Below are positions 1 through 11,899 of a stretch of 64,000 nucleotides of DNA, piece after piece; the first letter of the stretch is position 1, and each line of letters opens with the position of its first letter. The stretch lies in NCBI RefSeq assembly GCF_006345805.1, contig NC_043022.1, positions 24,428,001-24,492,000 of the forward strand. Reading direction: 5' to 3'. The translations under genes were made by a program, and so were the position numbers. This stretch comes from Octopus sinensis. Its lineage: Eukaryota. Under the pieces are notes generated by a model, which did no database searches, was not told where the DNA came from, and was given only the letters and a program-made list of their open reading frames with translations.

Positions 1-100
1 TGCTAAGGCCGGGGCCTCACACCAGACTCCGTAATCTGTTCTGGCACAGTTCCTGCAGCTGAATGCCTTTCCTAATGCTAACCACTCCACAGAGTCTACT
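1..100 (-). mobile_element. Family D retroposon fragment
   Basis: Degenerate 'cagctgaatgcctttcctaatgctaaccactcc' matches the core of the D copies at 4033 and 8469. Confidence 0.6.
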
Positions 101-499
101 GGAATTATTTATTTGTATGTGCATGCACATGTGCACACACACACACACACACACAGAGGCCACGTATCTTCACTTAATATGCACTAAGAAAGGATCACAG
201 CTAAAAGACCTTTGATCATACATAGATCTGCTTGATCAGATCAGATATGGGGTGTGGCAAGGGCTTGTAGGGCCTATGTCAGTCAAGCTAGACCAAGCAT
301 CTGCACATGTATGTGTGAATGTTGGCAAAAATTTTTCAAATATTAGCAGTAGTCAATGCATATTATTCTTCCCTTTTCATGCTAGAGATGTTCATCTGAA
401 GGATGTGGCACAAATCAGGGCCAATACAACTTTGTATCAGTGTTGGCACAGGCAATAAAGAACTGGAATAGATACTGAAAAACATATCAAGGTAAGTGA

Positions 500-2611
500 A
501 ATCATGGGCATGGCCAGTGCTGGTGACATGAAAAAGGTACCCATGCCAGTGGCACATAAAGGACACCCAGTACATTCTGTAGAATGGTTGTTGTTAGGAA
601 GGGCATCCAGCTGTAGAAACCAAGCCAAAATAGACACGTGGAACCTGGTGCAGCTCTCTGGCTTACTAGCTCCAGTCAAACCATCCAATCCATGCCACAC
701 ATAAAAGACACCCAGTACATTCAGTAGAATGGTTGTTGTTAGGAAGGGCATCCAGCTGTAGAAACCAAGCCAAAAAGACACGTGAACCTGGTGCAGCTCC
801 TGCTTACTAGCTGTCCAGTCAAACCATCCAATCCATGCCACACATAAAAGACACCCAGTAATTCAGTAGAATGGTTGTTGTTAGGAAGGCATCCAGCTGT
901 AGAAACCAAGCCAAAATAGACACGTGGAACCTGGTGCAGCTCTCTGGCTTACTAGCTCCAGTCAAACCATCCAATCCATGCCACACAAAAAGAAGACCCC
1001 AGTACATTCAGTAGAATGGTTGTTGTTAGGAAGGGCATCCAGCTGTAGAAACCAAGCCAAAATAGACACGTGGAACCTGGTGCAGCTCTCTGGCTTACTA
1101 GCTCCAGTCAAACCATCCAATCCATGCCACACATAAAAGACACCCAGTACATTCAGTAGAATGGTTGGTGTTAGGAAGGGCATCCAGCTGTAGAAACCAA
1201 GCCAAAATAGACACGTGGAACCTGGTGCAGCTCTCTGGCTTACTAGCTCCAGTCAAACCATCCAATCCATGCCACACATAAAAGACACCCAGTACATTCA
1301 GTAGAATGGTTGTTGTTAGGAAGGGCATCCAGCTGTAGAAACCAAGCCAAAATAGACACGTGGAACCTGGTGCAGCTCTCTGGCTTACTTGCTCCATCAA
1401 ACCATCCAATCCATTGCCACACATAAAAGACACCCAGTACATTCAGTAGAATGGTTGGTGTTAGGAAGGGCATCCAGCTGTAGAAACCAAGCCAAAATAG
1501 ACACGTGAACCTGGTGCAGCTCTCTGGCTTACTAGCTCCAGTCAAACCATCCAATCCATGCCACACCAAAAGACACCCCGTACAGTTCAGTAGAATGGTT
1601 TGTGTTTAGGAAGGGCATCCAGCTGTAGAAACCAAGCCAAAATAGACACGTGGAACCTGGTGCAGCTCTCTGGCTTACTAGCTCCAGTCAACCACCATCC
1701 AATAGCCACACATAAAAGACACCCAGTACATTCAGTAGAATGGTTGTTGTTAGGAAGGGCATCCAGCTGTAGAAACCAAGCCAAAATAGACACGTGGAAC
1801 CTGGTGCAGCTCTCTGGCTTACTAGCTCCAGTCAAACCATCCAATCCATGCCACACATAAAAGACACCCAGTACATTCAGTAGAATGGTTGGTGTTAGGA
1901 AGGGCATCCAGCTGTAGAAACCAAGCCAAAATAGACACGTGGAACCTGGTGCAGCTCTCTGGCTTACTAGCTCCAGTCAAACCATCCATCCATGCCACAC
2001 ATAAAAGACACCCATTAACATTCAGTAGAATGGTTGGTTGTTAGGAAGGCATCCAGCTGTAGAAACCAAGCCAAAATAGACACGTGGACCTGGTGCAGCT
2101 CTCTGGCTTACTTGCTCCAGTCAAACCATCCAATCCATGCCACACATAAAAGACACCCAGTACATTCAGTAGAATGGTTGGTGTTAGGAAGGGCATCCAG
2201 CTGTAGAAACCAAGCCAAAATAGACACGTGGAACCTGGTGCAGCTCTCTGGCTTACTAGCTCCAGTCAAACCATCCAATCCATGCCACACATAAAAGACA
2301 CCCAGTACATTCAGTAGAATGGTTGTTGTTAGGAAGGGCATCCAGCTGTAGAAACCAAGCCAAAATAGACACGTGGAACCTGGTGCAGCTCTCTGGCTTA
2401 CTTGCTCCAGTCAAACCATCCAATCCATGCCACACATAAAAGACACCCAGTACATTCAGTAGAATGGTTGGTGTTAGGAAGGGCATCCAGCTGTAGAAAC
2501 CAAGCCAAAATAGACAAGTGGAACCTGGTGCAGCTCTCTGGCTTACTAGCTCCAGTCAAACCGTCCAATCCATGCCAGCATGGAAAACAGATGTTAAATG
2601 ATGATGATGAT
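500..2611 (+). mobile_element. Family D retroposon expanded by an internal tandem array
   Basis: D-type left part ('catggccagtgctggtgacatgaaaaaggtacccatgccagtggcac') precedes the array. The normal D end ('catgccagcatggaaaacagatgttaaatgatgatgatga') follows it at 2571-2611. Confidence 0.85.
553..2578 (+). repeat. Tandem satellite, 14 units of ~144-145 bp, derived from family D
   Basis: Units start near 553, 697, 841, 983, 1129, 1274, 1419, 1563, 1708, 1853, 1997, 2142, 2287 and 2432. Each reads 'cacataaaagacacccag...ggaagggcatccagctgtagaaacc...caatccatgcca'. Confidence 0.97.
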
Positions 2612-2962
2612 ATACCCTTGCTACTTATTTAGTAGGTGGGGATGGATAGTTACAAAGGAGAAGAACAGGCAGTATGACATGCTGTAAGCTGGAATACAGC
2701 TGAAATGTCAAAGGAAGAACTTTATCATATTGTGAAAGTGATAGGGAAGACTTATTAGGATACAACTGGTGAATAGAGCAGGATTATGGCAGATATACAC
2801 TGTAGGGCTACATAACAATATGCCTTTCTTAATAACAGGACAAATTACATGTGACAGTGACAATGATAAATAGCGCTTAATAGGGGGGGGGAAGATGAGT
2901 AAGGGATGGTGAGTGTCTTTGGAGAAGCTGCTATCATCATCTATAACTGGCTTGTGCATATG

Positions 2963-3418
2963 TACTCTTACTCTCTCTTTACTCTATTACTTGTTTCAGT
3001 CACTTGACTGCGGCCATGCTGGAGCACCGCCTTTAGTCGAGCAAATCGACCCCGGGACTTATTCTTTGTAAGCCCAGTACTCATTCTATCGGTCTCTTTT
3101 GCCGAACCGCTAAGTTACGGGTATGTAAACACACCAACATCGGTTGTCAAGAGATGCCAGGGGGACAAACACAGACACACAACCCCCCCCATATATATAC
3201 TATATATATATATATATATGATATATATATATATAATATATATACACACACACATATATACGACAGGCTTCTTTCAGTTTCCGTCTACCAAATCCACTCA
3301 CAAGGCATTGGTCGGCCTGAGGCTATAGCAGAAGATACTTGCCCAAGATGCCACGCAGTGGGACTGAACCCGGAACCATGTGGTTGGTTAGCAAGCTACT
3401 TACCACACAGCCATTCCT
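2963..3418 (-). mobile_element. Family A tRNA-derived SINE, full length
   Basis: Reverse strand has A-box-like TGGCTGTGTGG, B-box-like GGTTCAGTCC, the CORE-like 'cttgggcaagt', an internal (TA/CA)n, and the tail 'ccagcatggccgcagtcaagtgactgaaacaagt'. Confidence 0.9.
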
Positions 3419-3956
3419 GTATGTGTTTGCATACTATACTTAGTAAGCTAGTATGTTTGTGTATGTGTATATGTGTGTGTGTGTATGTTTGTGTGTGTGT
3501 GGCTTTTATCCATTAAGCAATTAAATATATTTAGATTACAAGTGCAAATTAATACACGAGTGTGAGAGTTTTATGTAAATAGACATTTTACTATGTGTGT
3601 TTCTATGTTTATGTGTATACAATGCGTAAATTGTGCATATGTAAATGTATGAGTGGATGTATGTATATATGTGTGGATATATGTATATATGTGTGTATGA
3701 GTGGATGTATGTATATATGTGTGCGTGTGTGTGTGTGTGTCTGTAGTATATCATCTACAGTGAGAATTTGTCATATATACACACACATACACAAATAAAT
3801 ATAATACTCAAGTTGACTAGGACAATACATTTCAGTCTACACCCAGTATTGAATCTCACCATCAGTAAATGTTTTGTCTTATTTTTTAAACTAACTTTGA
3901 AATAGTAACCTCAAATTAAGCACACACGCATGCACATGCACACACACAAACACACA

Positions 3957-4530
3957 CTGCTGTGCGGTAAGAAGTTTGCTTCCAACCAGATGGTTTGGGG
4001 TTCAGTCTCACTGCATGGCACCTTGGGCAAGTCATCATCATCATCATCGTTTAACATCCGTTTTCGATGCTGGCATGGGTCGGATGGTTCAACTGGGGTC
4101 TGGGAAACTAGGAGGCTACACCAGGCTCCAGTTTGATCTGGCAGTGTTTCTACAGCTTGATGCCCTTCCTAATGCTAATCACTCCGAGACTGTAGTGGCT
4201 GCTTTTTACGTGCTACCGGCACAGGGGCCAGAGGGGGCTGGCAATGACCACGACTGGTCGGTGCTTTTTATGTGCCACCAGCACGGAAGCCAGTCAAGGC
4301 AGCGCTGATATTGGCCATGTTCAGACAGTGATTTTACATGCCACCGGCACGAGGATCACAACTACAATTTCTATTTGATTTTGATGTTGATGTACTTGAT
4401 AGGTCTCCTCAATCACGGCATGTCGCCCTATGATCCAAGGTACTTTTGAGTGGACTGGTTTTGCAATAAAGTGTTTTTTTATTATAGTCTTGAGCTGACC
4501 AAAGCTTTGTGAGTGAAAAGAAATCTGTTG
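3957..4530 (+). mobile_element. Family A SINE 5' part, split by a family D insertion
   Basis: Head ends at 'ccttgggcaagt' (4032). The A sequence resumes at ~4470 ('gtgttttttttattatagtcttgagctgaccaaagctttgtgagtg'). Confidence 0.7.
4033..4465 (-). mobile_element. Family D retroposon, long copy
   Basis: (CAT)n tail at 4033, 'tgcccttcctaatgctaatcactcc' core, and three internal 'ttttacgtgccaccggcac'-type subrepeats. Confidence 0.85.
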
Positions 4531-4554
4531 TGTACATGTGTTTATATTATATCT

Positions 4555-4925
4555 TTTATCTTTTTCTTGTTTCAGTCATGTTGGGTCACTGCCCGGAAGA
4601 GTTTAGTTTGAACAACTTGACCCCAGTACTTATTCTTTTTAAAGCTTGTTACTTATTCTATCAGTTTCTTTTGCTGAACTGCTAAGTTACAGGGATGTAA
4701 ACAAACCAGCACTGATTGTCAAGTGGTAGCAGGGGAACAAACACAGACATGAAGACACACACATACATACATACACACAATAGACCCCTTTCCATTTTCT
4801 GTTTACCAAATCCACTCACAGAAATTTGGTCAGCCTGCAGTAGAAGATACATGCCCAAGATGCCGTGCAGTGGGACTGAACCCAGAACCATGTGGTTGAG
4901 AAACAAGCTTCTTGCCACACCTGCA
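4555..4925 (-). mobile_element. Family A SINE, diverged
   Basis: Collinear with the 2963-3418 copy from tail to head. Confidence 0.8.
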
Positions 4926-5411
4926 TCTATATATATATTTATGCATATTGCATGTATGTGTGCATGTGTGTGTGTGTGTGGGGGGGCGTACCATTCTGGA
5001 TGGGTTTATCCTTCACCACAGCTTCACAAACTGGTGTAGGTTTCTTTATGTCCTCATAACTTAGCAGTCTGGCAAAAAGGGGACCAAACAAATAAGAGCT
5101 GGGATCAACTTGTCTGACTAATCCCTTCAAGGTGATGCTCCAGAATGGCTGCTGTCCAATGATTGAAATAAGTGAAAGATAAACAATAAAAGATACACAC
5201 ACACACCATGGATTCTCTTTCTAGATGCTCATCTGCTTAAACTCACAAATGCCAACGGTTGTTAACAGATTTCATTTAAAGCTTTTATAGTCACAAATCA
5301 AAACCCAGTAAAGTTGCTGGTGAAAATGGCTGGGAAATGATGCGCTTGGAGCTAAGGAATTTCAAGTATTCGGTAACAGCTGGACCATATTCAGATCTGA
5401 GCTGTTGGCAT

Positions 5412-5412
<1 letters not shown>

Positions 5413-5477
<65 letters not shown>

Positions 5478-5483
5478 GGTGTG

Positions 5484-5527
<44 letters not shown>

Positions 5528-5955
5528 TGTGTTGTGTTTGTGTGGTGTGTATGTATTGTATATATATATATATGTATACATGTGTGTGTATATATATATA
5601 TATGTATATATATATGTATATATATATGTGTATATATATATAATGTAACATATATATATGTATATAAATATGTATATATATATATGTGTATATATATATG
5701 TGTATATATACACATATATATACATATATTATACATATATATATGTATACATATATATATATATACACATATATTATACATATATAATATACATATATAT
5801 ATATATACACACACATGTATACATATTATATACATATACATACACACCACACCACACACCACACACACATATATATATATATATATGTGTATATATATAT
5901 GTATATATATATATATGTATATATATTATGTATTATATACATGTATATACATATA

Positions 5956-5997
<42 letters not shown>

Positions 5998-6025
5998 TAT
6001 GTATATACATACATATACATATATA
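5413..6025. repeat. Compound (AT)n/(GT)n/(CA)n microsatellite
   Basis: Read directly; source of the YI/CV/HT-repeat ORFs. Confidence 0.95.
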
Positions 6026-6442
6026 GAGAGAGAAGGGGGGTGCCTACTCAATTTTATAAGCAATTTGTCAAATATATATCATCATATCATAAGGCTGGCT
6101 ATCTGTTCTCCTTTTATTTTAATTGAAAGGTTTAGTCAGGAGGCAGTGTCTGTCACCTTTGCCTGCTCTCCAGGACAGATTAACATTCATATTGATGAGG
6201 TTTACTTTTGAACAACTCTAGGTCCATATCAGTAGATAAAAACCATGAGTAGGAGGTTATTTCCAGAGGGATGATGTTGTGTGTGTGTGTGTGTGTATGT
6301 GTGGCTGAAAACTGGGCATGGTGATTAATTAATTGTAAAGCACAGGATCACATGTGTCTGGCTGGGGTGGGTGTGGATGGGGGGGGCAGTGTGCAACTAG
6401 TTACTTCATAGGAGCAGATGTTGTTGATGGTTCAGTAGCGTG

Positions 6443-6613
6443 CAGAAGTGGCTGTGTGGTAAGTAGCTTGCTAACCAACCACATGGTTCCGGGTTCAGTC
6501 CCACTGCGTGGAATCTTGGGCAAGTGTCTTCTACTATAGCCCCGGGCCGACCAATGCCTTGTGAGTGGATTTGGTAGACGGAAACTGAAAGAAGCCTGTC
6601 GTATATATGTGTG

Positions 6614-6648
<35 letters not shown>

Positions 6649-6846
6649 TTGTCCCCCTAGCATTGCTTGACAACCGATGCTGGTGTGTTTACGTCTCCGT
6701 AACTTAGCAGTTCGGCAAAAGAGACCGATAGAATAAGTACTGGGCTTACAAAGAATAAGTCCCGGGATCAATTTGCTTGACTAAAGGTGGTGCTCCAGCA
6801 TGGCCGCAGTCAAATGACTGAAACAAGTAAAAGAGAGAGTAAGAGT
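6443..6846 (+). mobile_element. Family A SINE, full length, well preserved
   Basis: Runs from 'agtggctgtgtggtaagtagcttgctaaccaaccacatggttccgggttcagtccc' to 'cagtcaaatgactgaaacaagtaaaagag'. Confidence 0.92.
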
Positions 6847-6925
6847 AGTAGAACAAAAGAAGAGGAAACTCAGAGTCATAAACCAATAATTGTAGTGTCT
6901 GGTGACTAAATCATTCCCATAAGGT

Positions 6926-7150
6926 ACAGGCAAGGCTGTGTACTAAGAAGTTTGCATCCCAACTACATTGTTCTGGGTTCACTCCCACCTTAGGCAAGTG
7001 TCTTCTACTATAGCCTCAAGCCAACCAAAGTATTGTGAGTGGATTTGGTAGATGGAAACTGAAAGAAGCCCACCATCATTTGTGTGTATGTGTGTGTTTG
7101 AGTCTGTGTTTGTCCCCCACTATCACTTGACAACTGGTGTTGATGGGTGT
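6926..7150 (+). mobile_element. Family A SINE 5' half
   Basis: Degenerate head plus 'ggcaagtgtcttctactatagcc...ggaaactgaaagaagccc'. Confidence 0.75.
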
Positions 7151-7155
<5 letters not shown>

Positions 7156-7184
<29 letters not shown>

Positions 7185-7392
7185 CCTTTCTACTATAAGC
7201 ACAAGGCCTGAAATTTTGGGGGAGGGGACTAGTCAATTACATTGGCCCCAGTGCGTAACTGGTATTTATTTCATCGACTTCGAAAGGATGAAAGATAAAG
7301 TCGACCTCTGCAGAATTTGAACTCAGAATGTAAAGACAGATGAAATACCATTAAGTATTTTCCCTGGTGTGCTAATGAGTCTGCCAGCTCGT
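7156..7392 (-). mobile_element. Family C tRNA-derived SINE, tail type 2, (TTA)n end
   Basis: Plus strand 'aatcctttctactataagcacaaggcctgaaatttt...gaaaggatgaaagataaagtcgacctc...gaatttgaactcagaatg...ctgccagctc'. Confidence 0.85.
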
Positions 7393-7402
7393 TGTTTTAA
7401 CA

Positions 7403-7436
<34 letters not shown>

Positions 7437-7844
7437 CTCGCATAAACCTGCATTTCGGAGAAGAGCTTCCGAGGCGCAAATACTCAGACCATCTATAACA
7501 GACAACAAAGACTGTTGATGTTCAGGTGCAATCAATATCCTTTCCACAACACTAAACTCACCACACATATGCACAGAAATTCACTTTTATTGCTGATAAA
7601 CTGCCAATATTAACTGGTTGTATTAACTAATCATATCAACTAAATACACATTCACATAAAAGGAACTACAGAAATAAGCTATGCTTGTGTAAGTTATTGA
7701 CACCTAGAGATTTGTAGATGCCACCACCCAGTTAGCCTACTATGTAGATGTCATAGCTATGAAATCACAACGGATTTGGACTAGACACAACTTTAACAAT
7801 AACATACCTCCTATGTACAGTCTTGCACCATACACCAAACCAAT

Positions 7845-7939
<95 letters not shown>

Positions 7940-8075
7940 GAGCTTCCTGAGGATTTCTTTTGAATGAAACAGTTCTAGTCCTGTAGAAGCTCCTTCTATA
8001 TAATAAATTAATTTACTCTGCTATGTATTGAGTACCTTATTTACTGTGGTTAACCCCGACTCAACCCAGGACCTA
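7940..8075 (+). mobile_element. Penelope-like terminal fragment with hammerhead-like motif
   Basis: CTGAGGA(7947)...GAAAC(7966)...GTC(7978), enclosed by gagcttc/gaagctc and flanked by (TA)n. The Penelope assignment is inferred. Confidence 0.4.
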
Positions 8076-8112
8076 CATATATATATATATTTATATATAT
8101 ATATATATATAT

Positions 8113-8142
<30 letters not shown>

Positions 8143-8145
<3 letters not shown>

Positions 8146-8454
8146 AAGGCGCAATGGCCCAGTGGTTAGGGCAGCAGACTGGCGGTCGTAGGATCGCATT
8201 TTCGTTTACCAGACCGGGTGTTGTGAGTGTTTGAGCAAAAACACCTAAAAAGCTCTACGAGGCTCTGGCAGGGGGTTGTGACGCTCACTTCTGTACTCTT
8301 TCGCCACAACTTTCTCTCACTCTTTCTTCTGTTGGCCTGCTCGCTTAGCCAGCGGGATGGCATCATTTGAAGGCTAAAACAATGCGAAGCGCATTGTGAC
8401 CAGCGATGTGTAGCAACATCTGATAGCCTGGTCGGTCATGGCGATCACAGTGAT
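8143..8454 (+). mobile_element. Family B tRNA-derived SINE, tail type 1
   Basis: tRNA-like head 'ggcgcaatggcccagtggttagggcagcagact...gtttaccagaccggg'; tail 'gcattgtgaccagcgatgtgtagcaacatctgatagcctggtcggtc'. Confidence 0.9.
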
Positions 8455-8468
8455 ATATATATATATAT

Positions 8469-8726
8469 ATCATCATCATCATCATCGTTTAACGTCCGTT
8501 CTCCATGCTAGCATGGGTTGGACGGTTCGACCACGGTCTGGTAAGCCATGGAGGCTGCACCAGGCTCCAGTCTGATTTGGCAGTGTTTCTACAGCTGGAT
8601 GCCCTTCCTAACACCAACCACTCCATGAGTGTAGTGGGTGCTTTTTACATGCCACCAGCACAGGTGCCAGGTGGAGCTGGCAACGACCACGATCAGATTG
8701 GTACTTTTTACGTGCCACCGGCATGG
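8469..8726 (-). mobile_element. Family D retroposon
   Basis: (CAT)n + 'cgtttaacgtccgttctccatgctagcatgggttggacgg...ggatgcccttcctaacaccaacc'. Confidence 0.88.
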
Positions 8727-8742
8727 AATATATATATTTATA

Positions 8743-9112
8743 GGTGCAGATGTGGCTGTGTGGTATGAAATTTGCTACCCAACCACTTGAATTCAGTCCT
8801 ACTGCATGGCACCTCGGATAAATGTTTTCTACTATAGCCCCAGGTCGGCTGATGACTTGTGAGTGCATGTGGTAGATGGGAACTGAAACAAGCTTATCAT
8901 GTGTGTGTGAGTGTGTTGTCTTTGCTTTTCTTCCACCATCACTGCTTGATAATCAGTGCTGGTTTGTTCATGTCCACTTATCAGTTTGACAAAAAGGGTC
9001 CAACAGAATAAGTACCAGGCTTAAAAATAAGGAGTCGGATCAATTTGTTTGGCCAAACCCTTCAAGGCTGTACCCTAGCATGGCTGCAGCCTAAAAACTG
9101 AAACAATATAAC
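8743..9112 (+). mobile_element. Family A SINE, diverged
   Basis: Collinear with 6443-6846. Confidence 0.75.
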
Positions 9113-9475
9113 AAACACGCACACACATACAGCATTAACAGACTAGTTCCACTGATAAGAGATGCCGAAACATTACGCAATCTTGTACTTCACCTCATTA
9201 GTGTCCTGCTATATTTGTATATACTTACATGCATACAATATTAACAGATTGTGTTTAACTGATAAGAGATGTACATATTGAAGCAATCCCTCTCTATCCA
9301 CCCTGCTCTCTTTTTCTCTCACATACATACAGCATTAAAAAATAATATGAACACATCACAGGTCCATGCATATCGAAACAATGTCACTGACTGCGTGGAT
9401 CTACTTCATCTGTCCATATTTTGTGCGAGTATGTATTGATAATGATGATATATATATACATATATATATATACAT

Positions 9476-9645
9476 AGGCGCAGACATGGCTGTGTGATAA
9501 GTAACTTGCTAACCAACCACGTGGTTCTGGGTTCAGTCCCACTGCATGGCACTTTGGGCCAATATCTTCTACTGTAGCCTCAGGCCAACCAAAGCCTTGT
9601 GAGTGGATTTGGTAGACGGAAACTAGAAGAAGTATGTCGTGTGTG

Positions 9646-9691
<46 letters not shown>

Positions 9692-9903
9692 TACATACAC
9701 ATGTGTGTGTATGTGTGTTTGCCCCCCACCCCCCGGGTCATCACTTGACAACCGATATTGGTGTTTACATCCCTGTGTCTTAGCGGTTCAGCAAAAGAGA
9801 CTGATAGGATAAGTACTAGGCTCACAAAGAATGAGTGCTGGGGTCGATTTGTTCGGCTAAAGGCAGTGCTCCAGCATGGCCGCAGTCAAATGACAAACAA
9901 ATA
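9476..9903 (+). mobile_element. Family A SINE, full length
   Basis: Head, internal (TA)n(CA)n and 'ccagcatggccgcagtcaaatgac' tail. Confidence 0.88.
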
Positions 9904-9916
9904 AAATAATAATAAT

Positions 9917-9946
<30 letters not shown>

Positions 9947-9954
<8 letters not shown>

Positions 9955-10239
9955 ATCACGTGACCGACCAAACCATCAGATAGTTACACATCGCTGGTCA
10001 CAATGCGTTCGCATTGTTTTAGCCTTCGAATGACGCCACCCCGCTGGCTAAGCGAGCAGGCCAACAGAAGAAAGAGTGGTGAAAGAGTACAGCAGGAATC
10101 ACCACCCCCTGCTGGAGCCTCGTAGAGCTTTTAGGTGTTTTTGGTCAATAAACACTCACAACGCCCGGTCTGGGAATCGAAACCGCGATCCTGCGACCGC
10201 GAGTCCGCTGCCCTAACCACTAGGCCATTGCGCCTCCAC
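9947..10239 (-). mobile_element. Family B SINE, tail type 1
   Basis: Reverse complement of the 8143 copy; inserted in (TA)n. Confidence 0.9.
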
Positions 10240-11181
10240 ATATATATATAAAACAAAGTAGCTAGTTATAAATCTCTCTAAGAGATGAAAGTAGTAACTC
10301 TACTACAAAACAGCTATATTGAAGTGGCGATAAACAGTATGTATGTAAGTATGTATGTATATATTTTTTTTTATTGGTGATATGTGTGTGTGTGTTTCTT
10401 TTGATAAATAAATATATATATGTATGTGTGTGTGCGTGTGTGTGTGTCGATCATGAGATATAAGTATGTGCATGTGTGTGTGTGTATAAAATATTTGACA
10501 CAGACATTACTGCAACATAACTCTGATACCAACCTAAACTCAAAATTTATTGCCCTCTACTGAGACAATAAAATAACTTGGTGTTTAAAAAGAACCTATT
10601 AAAATTCAGAAATTATAAACTATTATTTATTAAAACATGTGTTAGACATTTTAAAAATCAATAAGTTTACATATTATGTATTAAGTCTTAACTTTTAAGT
10701 TTGTATTTAATGGAATTATTGATGTTTTTCGCAGCCATGCTGCACATGTGTATGTGTACAACTGTGCAACTGCGCCAGTCTGTGTGTGCGTACACATGCG
10801 CGTATGACTTGTGTGGACAAGGCATGTGTATAAATATGAGTGCATGTGTGTGTGGTGATGTGTAGATGTAAGCATGATTGTTGCATGGATGAGTGTGTGT
10901 GTGTGTGTATATTGAAATATGTTGCAGCATAGATGTGTGTGCGTGTTTACTTTGGTGTATGTGAATACATCAGTGGTTTATGGGTGTGTGTATGTACGTG
11001 AGCAACATGTATATGTGTGTGTGTGTGTGTGCCCACATGTGAATAGCATGTGGATGTACATGAGTGGTCTGTGGATGTATGTGTATGTACATGTAAGTTG
11101 CCAGCTTGTGTGTGTGCGTATGTACAATCAGCAGTATGTGGATGTGTGTGTGTGTGTGTGTGTGTGTAGGTATACATGAGG

Positions 11182-11410
11182 TGGTGAGCTGGCAGAATCG
11201 TTAGCACACCGGGTGAAATGCCTAGCGGTATTTCGTCTGCCGCTACGTTCTGAGTTCAAATTCCGCCGAGGTCGACTTTGCTTTTCATCCTTTCGGGGTC
11301 GATAAATTAAGTACCAGTTACGCACTGGGGTCGATATAATCGACTTAATACCTATGTCTGTCCATGTTTGTCCCCCTCTATGTTTAGCCCCTTGTGGGTA
11401 ATAAAGAAAT
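11182..11410 (+). mobile_element. Family C SINE, tail type 1, with 14-bp TSD
   Basis: TSD 'aggtatacatgagg' at 11168-11181 and 11411-11424. B-box-like 'gagttcaaattcc'; central 'gcttttcatcctttcggggtcgataaattaagtacc'. Confidence 0.95.
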
Positions 11411-11899
11411 AGGTATACATGAGGCTTGTGGATGTGTGTGTGTGTGTATACATAAGGCTTGTGGATGAAGATGTGTGAGCAGGTACATGTGAGCAGCATG
11501 TGGATGCATGCATGTGTGAAATATGATGTGCAGATGTATAGATGTGTGTGTGCATGCGCATCTGTGCGTGTGTGTGTGTGTACTTGTATGTGAACACATG
11601 CACATGCTGTTTTACATATATTTTCTTTCATACAATACAATGAGTGCTGCTTTCATCTTTTTATATTTTATGCATTTATATTTTTTTTTGCAAAGCAATT
11701 GTTTTCACAGTTGGTTGAACTTCCTACTGGTAACTCCTGAACCATGACGTAGCAGCAGCAAGGCTTGAAACTGCTTTGTTAATAAAGAAAACGGTGTCAT
11801 GTATCATCTACATAGCTCTGAATAGCAAATGAATACACAATGGCTACATAAGCTCTTAGGTACAGATGACCAAGTTGGCACCTTAACCTCACAACTGCT

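Noticed and set aside
553-2578. CRISPR-like array
   Set aside because: The whole unit repeats, with no unique spacers, no cas genes, and a eukaryotic context.
437-2632. Many overlapping 60-130 aa ORFs with repeated peptides
   Set aside because: Products of the 144-bp satellite; frames break at unit indels.
5337-6211. Long ORFs of YI/CV/HT repeats (also at 17.2-18.0, 33.7-34.4, 40.9-41.3, 48.3-49.0 and 63.4-64.0 kb)
   Set aside because: They are translations of dinucleotide or trinucleotide microsatellites, which lack stop codons in several frames; no protein signal.
7433-7520. KPAFRRRASEAQILRPS as an exon or a GIY-YIG fragment
   Set aside because: No splice sites, closed by a stop, and only vague similarity to any motif.
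8143-8220. tRNA genes at the heads of families A, B and C
   Set aside because: A/B boxes are present but there is no complete cloverleaf, and each head runs into a SINE body and tail.
9148-9175. ctgataagagatgccgaaac as a hammerhead
   Set aside because: G8 is missing and neither stem II nor stem I pairs; at most a very old remnant.
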